In this document: positions 1 to 10,027 of the stretch, in pieces | Layout: the number at the start of each line of letters is the position of its first letter | How positions within the stretch are numbered: position 1 is the stretch's first letter | Assembly (NCBI RefSeq): GCF_001194135.2 | Contig: NC_069006.1 | Location: 26,521,166-26,555,833, forward strand | DNA: 34,668 nucleotides | Reading direction: 5' to 3' | From: Octopus bimaculoides | Taxonomy: Eukaryota | Notes under the pieces: generated by a model | What the model was told of the DNA's origin: nothing | What the model saw: only the letters and a program-made list of their open reading frames with translations | Database searches by the model: none | Translations under genes and position numbers: made by a program

Positions 1-19
1 ATATATATATATATATATA

Positions 20-333
20 GTGAAGACGCATTGGCCTAGTAGTTTGGGTGTTGCACTCGTGATTGCTAGGTCGTGATTTCAATTCCTAGATGGTGCGTTG
101 TGCTCTTGAGCAAAACATTTCATCTCACGTTGTCTTGCGATCGCTTTGACACCTGACCCGTGATACACTTGTGCACCTGTTCAAGCAACGTCGATTTGAT
201 GGAGGGACAGGTTAGGTAATGTGTGACACGAAACCTAGATCCCCGTAAACAAATCATTTTGTACAGGTCGTTCGGCAAAAACCCGAACATTCACACGTTG
301 TCTTCGACGGACGAAGCCGTCATCATCATCATC
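20..333 (+). mobile_element. tRNA-derived SINE (family C), near full length with (CAT)n tail
   Basis: A-box-like TGGCCTAGTAGT and B-box-like GTGATTTCAATTCC, then GTTGTGCTCTTGAGCAAAACA shared with the copies at 31418 and 33188; ends in CATCATCATC. Confidence 0.8.
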
Positions 334-350
334 GTATTTAACAATGGGTG

Positions 351-800
351 GAGCAGGAATGCTTTTTGGCGCTCATGGCCTAACATCTGTAAACAATAAG
401 GAGGATATTGCCAGTCTCAAAAGATCAACAAAACAGTCAAAGAATTCTTAGGTTCGCACCAAAGTACCACATCGCTAATTATTTGGAATTATGAAACTGA
501 CATGAGACATTTCCATAACGAAATCTGTTCTCTCTTATTCGAGAAGTTCCAAAGCATCAAGTGGTGATAATTGCCAGAAATAATTACAGGTGGGCCAAGA
601 AAGCAACCGGAACGCTTTCCAAACTTTAACCAATTGAAACGATCAGTACTTGTTAGATTTCCTTATCAAAAACAATCTGCTCTTCTTAAATACGAAATTT
701 CAAGAGCAGAAATCCAAACTACGGACGTGTATCTATTCCGTCTGTGCCAATGCCGAACTGTCATTGGAGTTTGCACTAATTATGGAGAAACGCGGTTTAT
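351..800 (+). mobile_element. RTE-clade LINE remnant, APE endonuclease domain (frameshifted)
   Basis: Across frameshifts it reads GGAGMLFGAHGLTSV..., ETDMRHFHNEICS/LIREVPKHQVVII, QYLLDFLIKNNLLFLNTKFQEQKSKLRT. This matches the RTE endonuclease pattern FYNELSSLVRxIPKHNVLII...LLDFAxENNLxxLNTRFQKRxGKLWT. Confidence 0.8.
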
Positions 801-888
801 TGAAGAGTGGTGCCCATGTAACAGCAATCAAATCCTGCAGAACAAATATCTTTATATTCAAAATGTTCAAAATGTTATAAAATAATAA

Positions 889-1458
889 GGATCTTTTTTA
901 AAACAGGGGCCACATTTTTCATTAACGAAGCACTTTGAAACTTGGAACACTGGTAGAATGTGTCATATAAAACATCTTTTTCTCTTAGTCTTCTTTAAAA
1001 AAAAAAAGAAATCCCTAAGTTATTCCATGTTAGAGTTGTCGTATTTCTGTAATTTCAACCAATCACTGACGTCCATTCAGCCGATATACATTAAGTGCCG
1101 ACTACATAAACAAACGATTCTGAAACAATTAACCCTAACCCTAACCGTAGGGTTAGGGTTAGGGTTAAAGCAAATTTAAAATGAAAAAAGCAAATAAAAT
1201 GAAGGTATGGAGATTAAATACGCTTTACATCGCTTAATCAGCCAAAGGAGTAAATGTAAACAACTGAATACTTGTCAGTGATTGGTTGAAATTATCGAAA
1301 TAAGACAATTTTTTACATGAAATAAATTCGAATACAAAAATATTTTTCTGTTCTATAACACAAAATAGATAAGTATACGAAGTTTGAAAGTCTTTCCGTA
1401 CCAAAAACACTACGTAAAACATTAATGAAAAATGTGACCCCCGTTTTAAAATAGATCC
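889..1458. mobile_element. Non-autonomous TIR element (MITE, Merlin-like), copy 1, with internal telomeric hairpin
   Basis: 37-bp TIRs at 889-925 and 1422-1458 (3 mismatches) beginning GGATC; 8-bp TSD AATAATAA at 881-888 and 1459-1466; homologous to 18121-19139. The Merlin assignment rests on GG termini plus an 8-bp TSD. Confidence 0.9.
1129..1168. repeat. Interstitial telomeric-type repeat hairpin, (TAACCC)n-GTAG-(TTAGGG)n
   Basis: TTAACCCTAACCCTAACC (1129-1146) is the perfect reverse complement of GGTTAGGGTTAGGGTTAA (1151-1168); 4-nt loop. Confidence 0.95.
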
Positions 1459-1589
1459 AATAATAAATAAATAGATAGATAAATAAAATAAAAAAATAAA
1501 CAATCCTCTGGATGGTTAAAATTGTAAAAAAAAAATTAATGGCAAGAAAATCTTGAATTAAGTTGAAAGGAAAAGCGACAATTCTGAAG

Positions 1590-2090
1590 GAACACTTCTA
1601 GAACCTTCTGTCACTGTTCTGGTCTCATTCTAGCTTCTCCACCCTTCTTGTCTCCTTTCCTTGTCAATGGTCCTTCCCCACATGGTTTCTGGGTGCCTTG
1701 CTGCTCTTTTCCTCCCTCAGAGCCACCATACGATCGCTTTCTTGATCTTGTCTGAGGAGGACTTGTCGAATGCAATTCCTGCGTCTACGTCTTTGTCTTT
1801 AATCCCGTCGACCCTCGTTGTCTCAATTGTGTCATTTCAGACTCTTTGCAGCCACTTGATGTCAAGTATTCTCCTTAAGCATGGGAAATGGAAGCTGTCC
1901 ATTGTTTTTCTTCTATTTTTGTCCCTTTTCAGTTTTCACATCCATAGAGTAATATTTGTGTGGAGAAGTTTTGTAATGTAGTCTACAGTGAAGGGAGAAA
2001 TGACCGAGATTTGTAGACCTTTATTCTTCTCTATGAGTAATTTAGGTATGGCCTAAAATTGCAGGTAGCCTCTACAGGCAGTCTTATAGT
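1590..2090 (-). mobile_element. RTE-clade LINE remnant, RT C-terminal/3' region
   Basis: The minus strand reads ILLYGCEN*KGTKIEEKTMDSFHFPCLRRILDIKWLQRV*ND, matching the RTE motif VLLYGCETW...KCLRRILxIxWxxRVxN. Stops and frameshifts are present. Confidence 0.85.
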
Positions 2091-2149
2091 TTGCATCCTT
2101 CGGGAGCATAGTTTACATGGAAAAAAAAAAAAAAAAAAAAAGAAACCTC

Positions 2150-2295
2150 GTAGAAAAATAACGAAACTTTAATAGAACACGATTACCGATCGAAATACTA
2201 ATTCTTATCGACATCATTGGAGGTGTCTTACAAGGCGATATGTTTGCATCATTCCTATTTATCATCTGCCTGGATTACATCCATCGCACTTTAAA
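2150..2295 (+). mobile_element. RTE-clade LINE remnant, reverse transcriptase core fragment
   Basis: From 2207 it reads IDIIGGVLQGDMFASFLFIICLDYIHRTL, matching the RT motif GVLQGDTLAPYLFIICLDYVLR. Confidence 0.85.
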
Positions 2296-2640
2296 TGAGA
2301 AATTTAAAGAACTTTTTTCCCTCGGTGGATGGCTATGTTACCCGAAATATCAGGAATAAATAAACTCTGCATTATTTCGTATCGAAGCAAGAGACTTTCC
2401 ATCAAACTCTATTTTCTTATATCCCAATATTTCATGCATATCACCACACACACACACACACACACACACAGATTGTATTAGGTTTGTATGTCTGTACTCT
2501 CGTAGATTTTTGAATACCTATGTATATATGTATGCAAGTGTCTGTGTTTATATGTGTATACTCACACACAGATAATATAGAATATTTGGTGCATATACAT
2601 TCTTAGTTTTCGACACATCCATAGATGCCTACATAAGCAT

Positions 2641-2642
2641 GC

Positions 2643-2699
<57 letters not shown>

Positions 2700-3074
2700 N
2701 NNNNNNNNNNNNNNNNNNNNNNNNNNNNNNNNNNNNNNNNNNNNNNNNNNNNNNNNNNNNNNNNNNNNNNNNNNNNNNNNNNNNNNNNNNNNNNNNNNNN
2801 NNNNNNNNNNNNNNNNNNNNNNNNNNNNNNNNNNNNNNNNNNNNNNNNNNNNNNNNNNNNNNNNNNNNNNNNNNNNNNNNNNNNNNNNNNNNNNNNNNNN
2901 NNNNNNNNNNNNNNNNNNNNNNNNNNNNNNNNNNNNNNNNNNNNNNNNNNNNNNNNNNNNNNNNNNNNNNNNNNNNNNNNNNNNNNNNNNNNNNNNNNNN
3001 NNNNNNNNNNNNNNNNNNNNNNNNNNNNNNNNNNNNNNNNNNNNNNNNNNNNNNNNNNNNNNNNNNNNNNNNNN

Positions 3075-3150
<76 letters not shown>
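2641..3150. repeat. (TA)n/(CA)n microsatellites flanking an assembly gap (N 2700-3074)
   Basis: Directly visible. Confidence 0.95.
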
Positions 3151-3151
<1 letters not shown>

Positions 3152-3164
3152 ATACACACATCAG

Positions 3165-3803
3165 CAGGCCTCGTTCTTTCTCTCTACCGACATCAGCTGA
3201 CACTTCTCCTTCTCGCTCACTCTCTTTCTCTCTCTTTCTGCTTTCTAGTTTTCTCTCACTCTCTCTCTCTCTCTCTCTCTCATTTTGCTTTGACTCTTTC
3301 TTTGTCGCTCTCTCTCATTTTCTGTTTTCTATCTTTCTCACTCACTCTCTCCCTTTGCATTCTATCTTTCCCTCTCATTCTCTTTCCTCCTCTCTCTCTG
3401 CTTCCTCTCTCTGTCTCTCTCTGCGGACACTACTCCAGCCGTCTGCCCCGCGGCACACTCCAATGACTTAACTAACAGAGCGGAAAGAGAAGTGAGAGCA
3501 GCGGCGGTAGCGGTGGCTGACGCGTAGAGCGGGAGGGAGAGGAGAAAGAGAAGTGGCGTAGGTGGGGGAAGAGAGAATTGAAAGAAGAGGAAGGGGAGGA
3601 GAAAGACGAAGTAGAGAGAGAGAGAGAGAGAGAGAGATTGGGAGGAGGGTTATAAAGACGTAGGGGAAGAAGGATTCGAAAGGGTAGAAAGATTAGGAGG
3701 AGGAGGAGGAGAGGAATGTGGGAGACGGAATACAAAGAGGAGGGGGAGAAAGAGGCAAAGAAATAAGAACAAAGACTACATAGGGGAGAAGGAGGAGAAA
3801 GTA
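3165..3803. repeat. Low-complexity CT-rich tract followed by GA-rich tract
   Basis: Pyrimidine-rich at about 3165-3425 and purine-rich at about 3475-3803, including (GA)n. Confidence 0.85.
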
Positions 3804-4190
3804 NNNNNNNNNNNNNNNNNNNNNNNNNNNNNNNNNNNNNNNNNNNNNNNNNNNNNNNNNNNNNNNNNNNNNNNNNNNNNNNNNNNNNNNNNNNNNNNNN
3901 NNNNNNNNNNNNNNNNNNNNNNNNNNNNNNNNNNNNNNNNNNNNNNNNNNNNNNNNNNNNNNNNNNNNNNNNNNNNNNNNNNNNNNNNNNNNNNNNNNNN
4001 NNNNNNNNNNNNNNNNNNNNNCTATCATCTGCATCTCCTCATCTCCTCCTCTGCCATCTTTACCTGGATGGTGCCACCGCCGCTGCCTTTGCTGTTCTTA
4101 TTGTTGTACGTGGCCTCCAGTACAGTCACGACCTCTCATTCATGAGTGATCCACACAGGAAGCTCCGTCATTCTTCTTAACGGTACAACG

Positions 4191-4234
<44 letters not shown>

Positions 4235-4239
4235 TTGTG

Positions 4240-4270
<31 letters not shown>

Positions 4271-4500
4271 ATGTATGCATGTGTATGCATTCGAGTGCCT
4301 GCTTCTAGGTATATTTCTATAAATTATATATAATATATTATAGGATAAATAATATATATTATATATATGCATTGTTTTTATGCTTAATATATATGCATAT
4401 ATTGTATATATGTGTGAAAATATATATATACTCATGTATATAGATACAAACATATAATGTATATTCATCTGTGTTCGTTTATATATATAAATGTAGACAC
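4191..4500. repeat. Compound (TG)n/(TA)n microsatellite and AT-rich degenerate repeat
   Basis: Directly visible. Confidence 0.9.
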
Positions 4501-4750
4501 ACGCACAGACACACACGTGTTCCCTCCTTTCTTGCAATGTTCCTCATTGATTTTGTACAGCGTTCACCATTATTTTGCCTCAGACCGTTTCCTTTGTTTA
4601 TTCCAAATGTCTATATTCCAGAAATTCTTTCTACTCCAATCCAACTCCTTTTCCCTGCTCCTCTTCCTCCCCTCCTTCTCTTCCTCCTTCCCTTCTCCTC
4701 TTCCTCCTTCCCCTACTCTCTCTTAACTTTATGATCTACTACTACATCTT

Positions 4751-4781
<31 letters not shown>

Positions 4782-4971
4782 CCACACATCCACATCACTC
4801 TATATACACACATAACGTATTCTATAACTTCAGTGGGTACGATCGTGTTTCTAGTTGACTTTCATACAAATCTATGGTCTCGTGATACCTTCATGAATAA
4901 ACATGACCATATGAGAAATTTACAGTTTATATGCCTTTTTTTTTTGTCGTATTTTAACAATTATGTACCCC

Positions 4972-5030
4972 AGTGCTTCTCAACAGGGGGTCCACATGAT
5001 CCTTAAGGGATCCATATATGATTTTATCGT
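4972..5030. mobile_element. Possible hAT-type MITE terminus fragment
   Basis: CAGTGCTTCTCAACAGGGGGTCC resembles CAGTGGTTCTCAAC-type hAT ends; a similar AACAGGGGGTCCA occurs near 19904. No partner TIR found. Confidence 0.35.
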
Positions 5031-5068
5031 TAAAATTTATCTGCAATAAATTGGTCATGTTTCCACAA

Positions 5069-5201
5069 TTTTATTCTTTTATTCTTTAACTGCGGTCATG
5101 CTGGAGCACCGGTTTTAGTCGAACAAATCAACCCCAGGACTAATTCTTTGTAAACCTAGTACTTATTCTATCAGTCTCTTTTGCCGGATCACTAAGTTAT
5201 G
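5069..5201 (-). mobile_element. SINE family B 3' body fragment
   Basis: Homologous to 34458-34660 (CTGCGGTCATGCTGGAGCACC...TTAGTCGAACAAATCAACCCCAGGACT...), with a TTTTATTC tail. Confidence 0.9.
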
Positions 5202-5622
5202 GTCAGCCAAAGGACATACGTTTATATGTGTGTATATATACATTAATAGTATGGTCTAGTTACTATAAATATGCATCAATAAACAGCGAGGATGTTCTGT
5301 ATTCATTGCATCAGTGTGTTCTTCTTCGACACAGTCGTAAGTGTGCATAGAGAGTATATAAGCATATTGGTTACGCTGCAGTCGGGTTTCGAACAACTCC
5401 ATCTGCACATCAACTGTGTTCAGATAAAGACGAGACGAGTGATGATAGACATAAGCTTAAACTGCTCTCTCGGGCAATTCCCGTCCTCACCAATTCTTCG
5501 CTCTCCTATTTTCGTCATCTTTGAATCAAAACCAACAATTTTCTACGAAGACATTCTACGTTGAGATATTAAAGATCATGTCAATTGAAAAGATCCTGTT
5601 TATCAATGTGTATGTGTTCGCG

Positions 5623-5672
5623 TATCTATCTATCTATCTATCCATCTATCTATCAATCTGTCCATCCATCTG

Positions 5673-5726
<54 letters not shown>

Positions 5727-5819
5727 AATCTGTCCATTCATCTGTCTATCTATATATCTATCTATCTATCTATCTACCTATCTATCTATCTATCTATCCA
5801 TCTATCTATCAATCTGTCC

Positions 5820-5851
<32 letters not shown>
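5623..5851. repeat. (TCTA)n tetranucleotide microsatellite with recurring variant cassette
   Basis: (TATC)n interrupted three times by TATCAATCTGTCCAT. Confidence 0.95.
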
Positions 5852-5852
<1 letters not shown>

Positions 5853-5945
5853 CGTGTGTGTGTGTAAGATCCAAGGATCAAGGTGTAGGAAGTTAGTGAG
5901 CTTCAAGCAATCCGTAGAAGACATAGAAAAACAATTTTGAGGAAC

Positions 5946-6032
5946 AATAGAATAAGTCTCGGGGTCAATTTGTTCGACTAAAGACAGTGCTCTAGCATGG
6001 CCACAGTCAAATGACTGAAACAAGTAAAAGAG
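5946..6032 (+). mobile_element. SINE family B 3' end fragment
   Basis: GGGGTCAATTTGTTCGACTAAAG...GCATGGCCACAGTCAAATGACTGAAACAAGTAAAAG matches the other copies in the window. Confidence 0.9.
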
Positions 6033-6340
6033 TAATAGTGGTTGATTGGCGCAGAAGGTTGTGAATTTTTTTCCGTGTCGAAGTCCGATAAGCTGAAAAA
6101 AGTTAATTTTATCGTTCAAGCTTAGCAACAGGGGTTGTTGTATATTTGAATAAACATTAAAATAATTAGGGAATGGAATAAAGTTTCGGCTACACAGGTT
6201 TCCTTCCGCGGAACCTCGGAAGCAGTAACTTATCCAAACGACGCGGGTAGACTGCATGCTACTCTTCAGGTCAAGGATAACATGATTATATGAAGTTCAC
6301 ATTGTCGTTAGGAGATCCAGGGTTAATTTGTTGGGAGATT

Positions 6341-6632
6341 CAGGGCTGGATTAAGACCCATCGAGGCCCTAAACACTTAAAAGATTCTGGTGCTCCCATA
6401 AAAGATTATGTAATTCAAAATATGAACAATAACAAACCATAAAATAAATTTTTATTTTTCAAAACGAGACAAAACAGTAAGAGGGGAAAATAATATCTAT
6501 TTTTGTATATTTCCACTTTATTTTATATTCGAAAAGTTTCCTCCTACTTTTTTGAATTGCAAAGTCTTTGATCAGATCCTCAGAATTAATCTTAGGTTAA
6601 CAAATCTGCATCTATACTTAGAAGAGATAAAG
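6341..6632 (-). mobile_element. hAT transposon 3' end remnant (transposase C-terminus plus one TIR)
   Basis: The minus strand reads LSLLSIDADLL/KINSEDLIKDFAIQKSRRKLF (one frameshift), typical of the end of the hAT dimerisation region. The terminus CAGGGCTGGATTAAG at 6341 fits a hAT TIR. Confidence 0.7.
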
Positions 6633-6990
6633 GCATCCCGAATATTATTTTAGCAAGTTTAAAGTGATTTCTTTTGTGCCGTAAACCATTTACCATTTCT
6701 GTGGTGCCCGCCCTCCTTCCCTTGATGCCCTAATAAACGTAATATATGTTTTTATGCGCTAGTATTAGTTTCATGTCCTGAAAGCATGCCAGGCTGTGGT
6801 TTTTAACCTGTCTGGTGTCCTAACATAATCATCAGAATCGTGTGTGTGTGTGTATTTATATAATTTATATATGTATGCGTGTGCGCGCACATGACAACAA
6901 ATCTGGGATAATGGTAGAGTCGGATATGACCCTGTGCACGATTATTGTATTTTGTGGCTCTCAGTAAGAGGAACGAACGAACGAATAGTT

Positions 6991-7225
6991 ATAATAATAA
7001 TAATGATAATCCTTTCTACTAAAGGCACAAGGCCTGGAATTTTGTGGGAGGGGATAAATCGATTACATCGACCTCAGTACTCGACTGGCACTTATTTTAT
7101 CGACCCCGAAAGGACGAAAGGCAAAGTCGACCGCGGCGGAATTTGAACTGAGAACGTAAAGACGGACGAAAGTCCGCGAAGCATTTTGCCCGACGTGCTA
7201 ACGAGTCTGCCAGCTCACCGCCGCC
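6991..7225 (-). mobile_element. tRNA-derived SINE family A, full-length copy
   Basis: Reverse complement GGCGGTGAGCTGGCAGACTCGTTAGCACG...CAGTTCAAATTCC (A/B boxes), body CCTTTCGGGGTCGATAAAATAAGTGCC, tail AGTAGAAAGGATTAT(TAT)n. Confidence 0.92.
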
Positions 7226-7226
7226 T

Positions 7227-7444
7227 TAATAATCCATTCTGGTGTAAGTACAAGGCCAGAAATTTGTGGAGAGGGACCAGCCGATTGCATCGACGCCAGT
7301 GTTTCACTGATACTTAATTTATCGATCTCAATAGGACGAAAGGTAAAGTCGACCTCGGCGGAATTTCATGTTGGAACGTAGCGACGGGCGAATAGCGTTA
7401 AGTATTTCGCCCGACGGGCTAACGATTCCGCCAGCTTGCTACCT
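7227..7444 (-). mobile_element. tRNA-derived SINE family A, second (more diverged) copy directly in tandem
   Basis: Colinear homology with 6991-7225; its short tail abuts the 5' end of that copy. Confidence 0.88.
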
Positions 7445-7990
7445 TCATATTGACAAGCAAAATTATAACATAATCGATGTACCTACTCACTCTGTAAATT
7501 AATGATTCATTATATTGAACACCACATATTGATTTCTGTTTGAACAATAAGTCCGCACACGTTCGCAGTGTGTGGTTCAAAGGCGATTTAGATGCTATTT
7601 CTTGCAAGTTGAGATCACATGCAGAGACACCCGAGTTGCTTCATACAAATAGATCTACATATATAAAGTTGTGATGAGAGGGTGATTAGGCTGTTCTTCC
7701 TAGCGTCTATCGCACAGTTTCCTTTACATACACAAATACTTAGTTACACAGACACACATACAACAGTAAGGTGTGATGTGAGGGAGGTATGGGTCTCTAA
7801 CAGTTCAAGCCACCTCACAGAAACATCTCTGGTTAATTCCTTCAGATGTATTAGAAGACGGTGATATTTGAGGGAGACATCTGATGACTATTTAAAAAAA
7901 AGCCGACATTGGAGACAGCAACAAAAACGTTAACAAACCAACGTCTTCATTTTCCTCTCCCTCTCTTTTCTTTCTTTATATGCCTCTCAT

Positions 7991-8284
7991 TGTGTGTGCA
8001 TGTACGTACACACACACACACACACACACACACATTCTTTTAGCGCGTGTGTATACACCCGGACGGGATGAGGTTGCGCTGATGCTGATTGTTGTCATGA
8101 AGGTGATGAAAGTGGCGGCGATGCGATGGATGATGGCGGTGATGTCAGTGTTGATTATTATTATTATTATTATTATTATTTTGTTATTATGCTATTATAT
8201 TGTTCAACACACACACACACACACACACTGGGAAATATTGTGTCAGGGCCCTTATGGTCAAGTTATTAGAGAGAGAGGGGGGGG
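7991..8284. repeat. (CA)n, (ATT)n, (GA)n and mixed triplet simple repeats next to a gap (N 8285-8901)
   Basis: Directly visible. Confidence 0.85.
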
Positions 8285-9349
8285 NNNNNNNNNNNNNNNN
8301 NNNNNNNNNNNNNNNNNNNNNNNNNNNNNNNNNNNNNNNNNNNNNNNNNNNNNNNNNNNNNNNNNNNNNNNNNNNNNNNNNNNNNNNNNNNNNNNNNNNN
8401 NNNNNNNNNNNNNNNNNNNNNNNNNNNNNNNNNNNNNNNNNNNNNNNNNNNNNNNNNNNNNNNNNNNNNNNNNNNNNNNNNNNNNNNNNNNNNNNNNNNN
8501 NNNNNNNNNNNNNNNNNNNNNNNNNNNNNNNNNNNNNNNNNNNNNNNNNNNNNNNNNNNNNNNNNNNNNNNNNNNNNNNNNNNNNNNNNNNNNNNNNNNN
8601 NNNNNNNNNNNNNNNNNNNNNNNNNNNNNNNNNNNNNNNNNNNNNNNNNNNNNNNNNNNNNNNNNNNNNNNNNNNNNNNNNNNNNNNNNNNNNNNNNNNN
8701 NNNNNNNNNNNNNNNNNNNNNNNNNNNNNNNNNNNNNNNNNNNNNNNNNNNNNNNNNNNNNNNNNNNNNNNNNNNNNNNNNNNNNNNNNNNNNNNNNNNN
8801 NNNNNNNNNNNNNNNNNNNNNNNNNNNNNNNNNNNNNNNNNNNNNNNNNNNNNNNNNNNNNNNNNNNNNNNNNNNNNNNNNNNNNNNNNNNNNNNNNNNN
8901 NTTCCTGCCATTGTTGCTGTTGTTTCTATTGTTGATAGGTTAAAGCCGTTGTTGTTGTTATTTGCCATTATTGTCCCTGCTGCTGCTGCTGCTCTCTTTT
9001 CATGTCTATCGTTGTGATTGTTTCTGTTGTTGATTTTCTAACCCTGGCGTTCTTCACGCTGTCGTCGTCGCCGCCGCCGCTGCTGCTGTTTTTCTTCTTC
9101 TTCTTCCGGCAATTGCTTTCATTCTTGTCTCTTTCAACATCAAAGCTAAAAAGAAAAGAAATAAAACAAAAAACAATGGCTGACAGTATCGGGCACCGGA
9201 TGTCCTTCCGACCACCTTAGTTATCTCCCTTTTTTGTCTTTACCGAGTTCCATATATGGAGTTACCTTTTATGCCTCTACCAAATCAGGCGAGACCAGGT
9301 GCCACAAATAGATTGGTTTCAATGTTTGGCTCATTTCGTGGGGAAGCGG

Positions 9350-9460
9350 AGTGGGGGTGGGGTAACTCGTTGAAGTTGTCGGCTTCATGAATTTCGAACC
9401 ATGACATCCTGGGTTCGCTCCGCGTCGAAGCCGGTTTGCCTTTCTTTCTTGCAAAGGTCA
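9350..9460 (+). mobile_element. Highly degenerate tRNA-derived SINE fragment
   Basis: B-box-like GGGTTCGCTCC followed by CGGTTTGCCTTTCTTTCTTGCAAAGGTCAAGAAAT, resembling the family A body. Confidence 0.4.
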
Positions 9461-9825
9461 AGAAATTGAAACTAGATAAGAAAAATGAGAATGAAAAGAA
9501 TGGTGGGAAGTATATAATAGAGGAGGAGGTCTACTTATCAAAATGTAATAAAGTTAAAAGAAAAAATGCTTATCGCCACTCTGCCGCTTCCTACCCCTCC
9601 TCCTCCGCCTCACCATCTTCATCATCAACAGTAACAAAAACTTAAAATCCAGGATTCGAAGAGTCTAAAGAAAATAAACGTAAAAATTTGAATGATGTGT
9701 CAATGTATTTGCTGAAAGAAAGAGAAAAATGATTAATATTTTGGATAAAAAGGCCTTTGATGAAGCTAAAGAATTAACAGAATAAAGTTATTAGAGGGAA
9801 ATCCTGTTAAAATATTTTGAGCTTC

Positions 9826-10027
9826 GAAGCCAGCGATCTGGCAGAATCGTTAGCAAAGTGCTTCGTGGTATTTCGTCCGTTTTTATATTCTCAGCTCAAA
9901 TTCTGCTGAGGTCTACTTTCGGGGTCGATAAATTAAGTACCAGTTTGAACACTGGGGTTGATGTAAATGACTTACCTCCTGCCCTGAAATTGCTGGCTTT
10001 GTGCCAAGATTTGAAACCCATTTATTA
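9826..10027 (+). mobile_element. tRNA-derived SINE family A (alternative 3' tail)
   Basis: CTGGCAGAATCGTTAGCA...CTCAAATTC...GGGGTCGATAAATTAAGTACCAG...GTGCCAAGATTTGAAACC. Confidence 0.88.

Noticed and set aside
571-885. 104-aa ORF as a novel gene
   Set aside because: It is an off-frame read of the decayed RTE endonuclease; the RTE-like peptide is in the overlapping 650-880 frame.
1129-1168. Telomere-telomere fusion site
   Set aside because: A fusion gives (TTAGGG)n followed by (CCCTAA)n. Here the order is reversed, the array is tiny, and it lies inside a TSD-flanked element present twice.
1661-1981. 106-aa hydrophobic ORF
   Set aside because: It is antisense to an RTE RT C-terminal remnant.
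5280-5530. Minus-strand peptide [16 protein letters not shown]...SVTNMLIYSLC resembling GPCR TM6/TM7
   Set aside because: The TM6-to-NPxxY spacing is about half the expected length, only two weak motifs are present, and there is a stop codon. It cannot be distinguished from chance.
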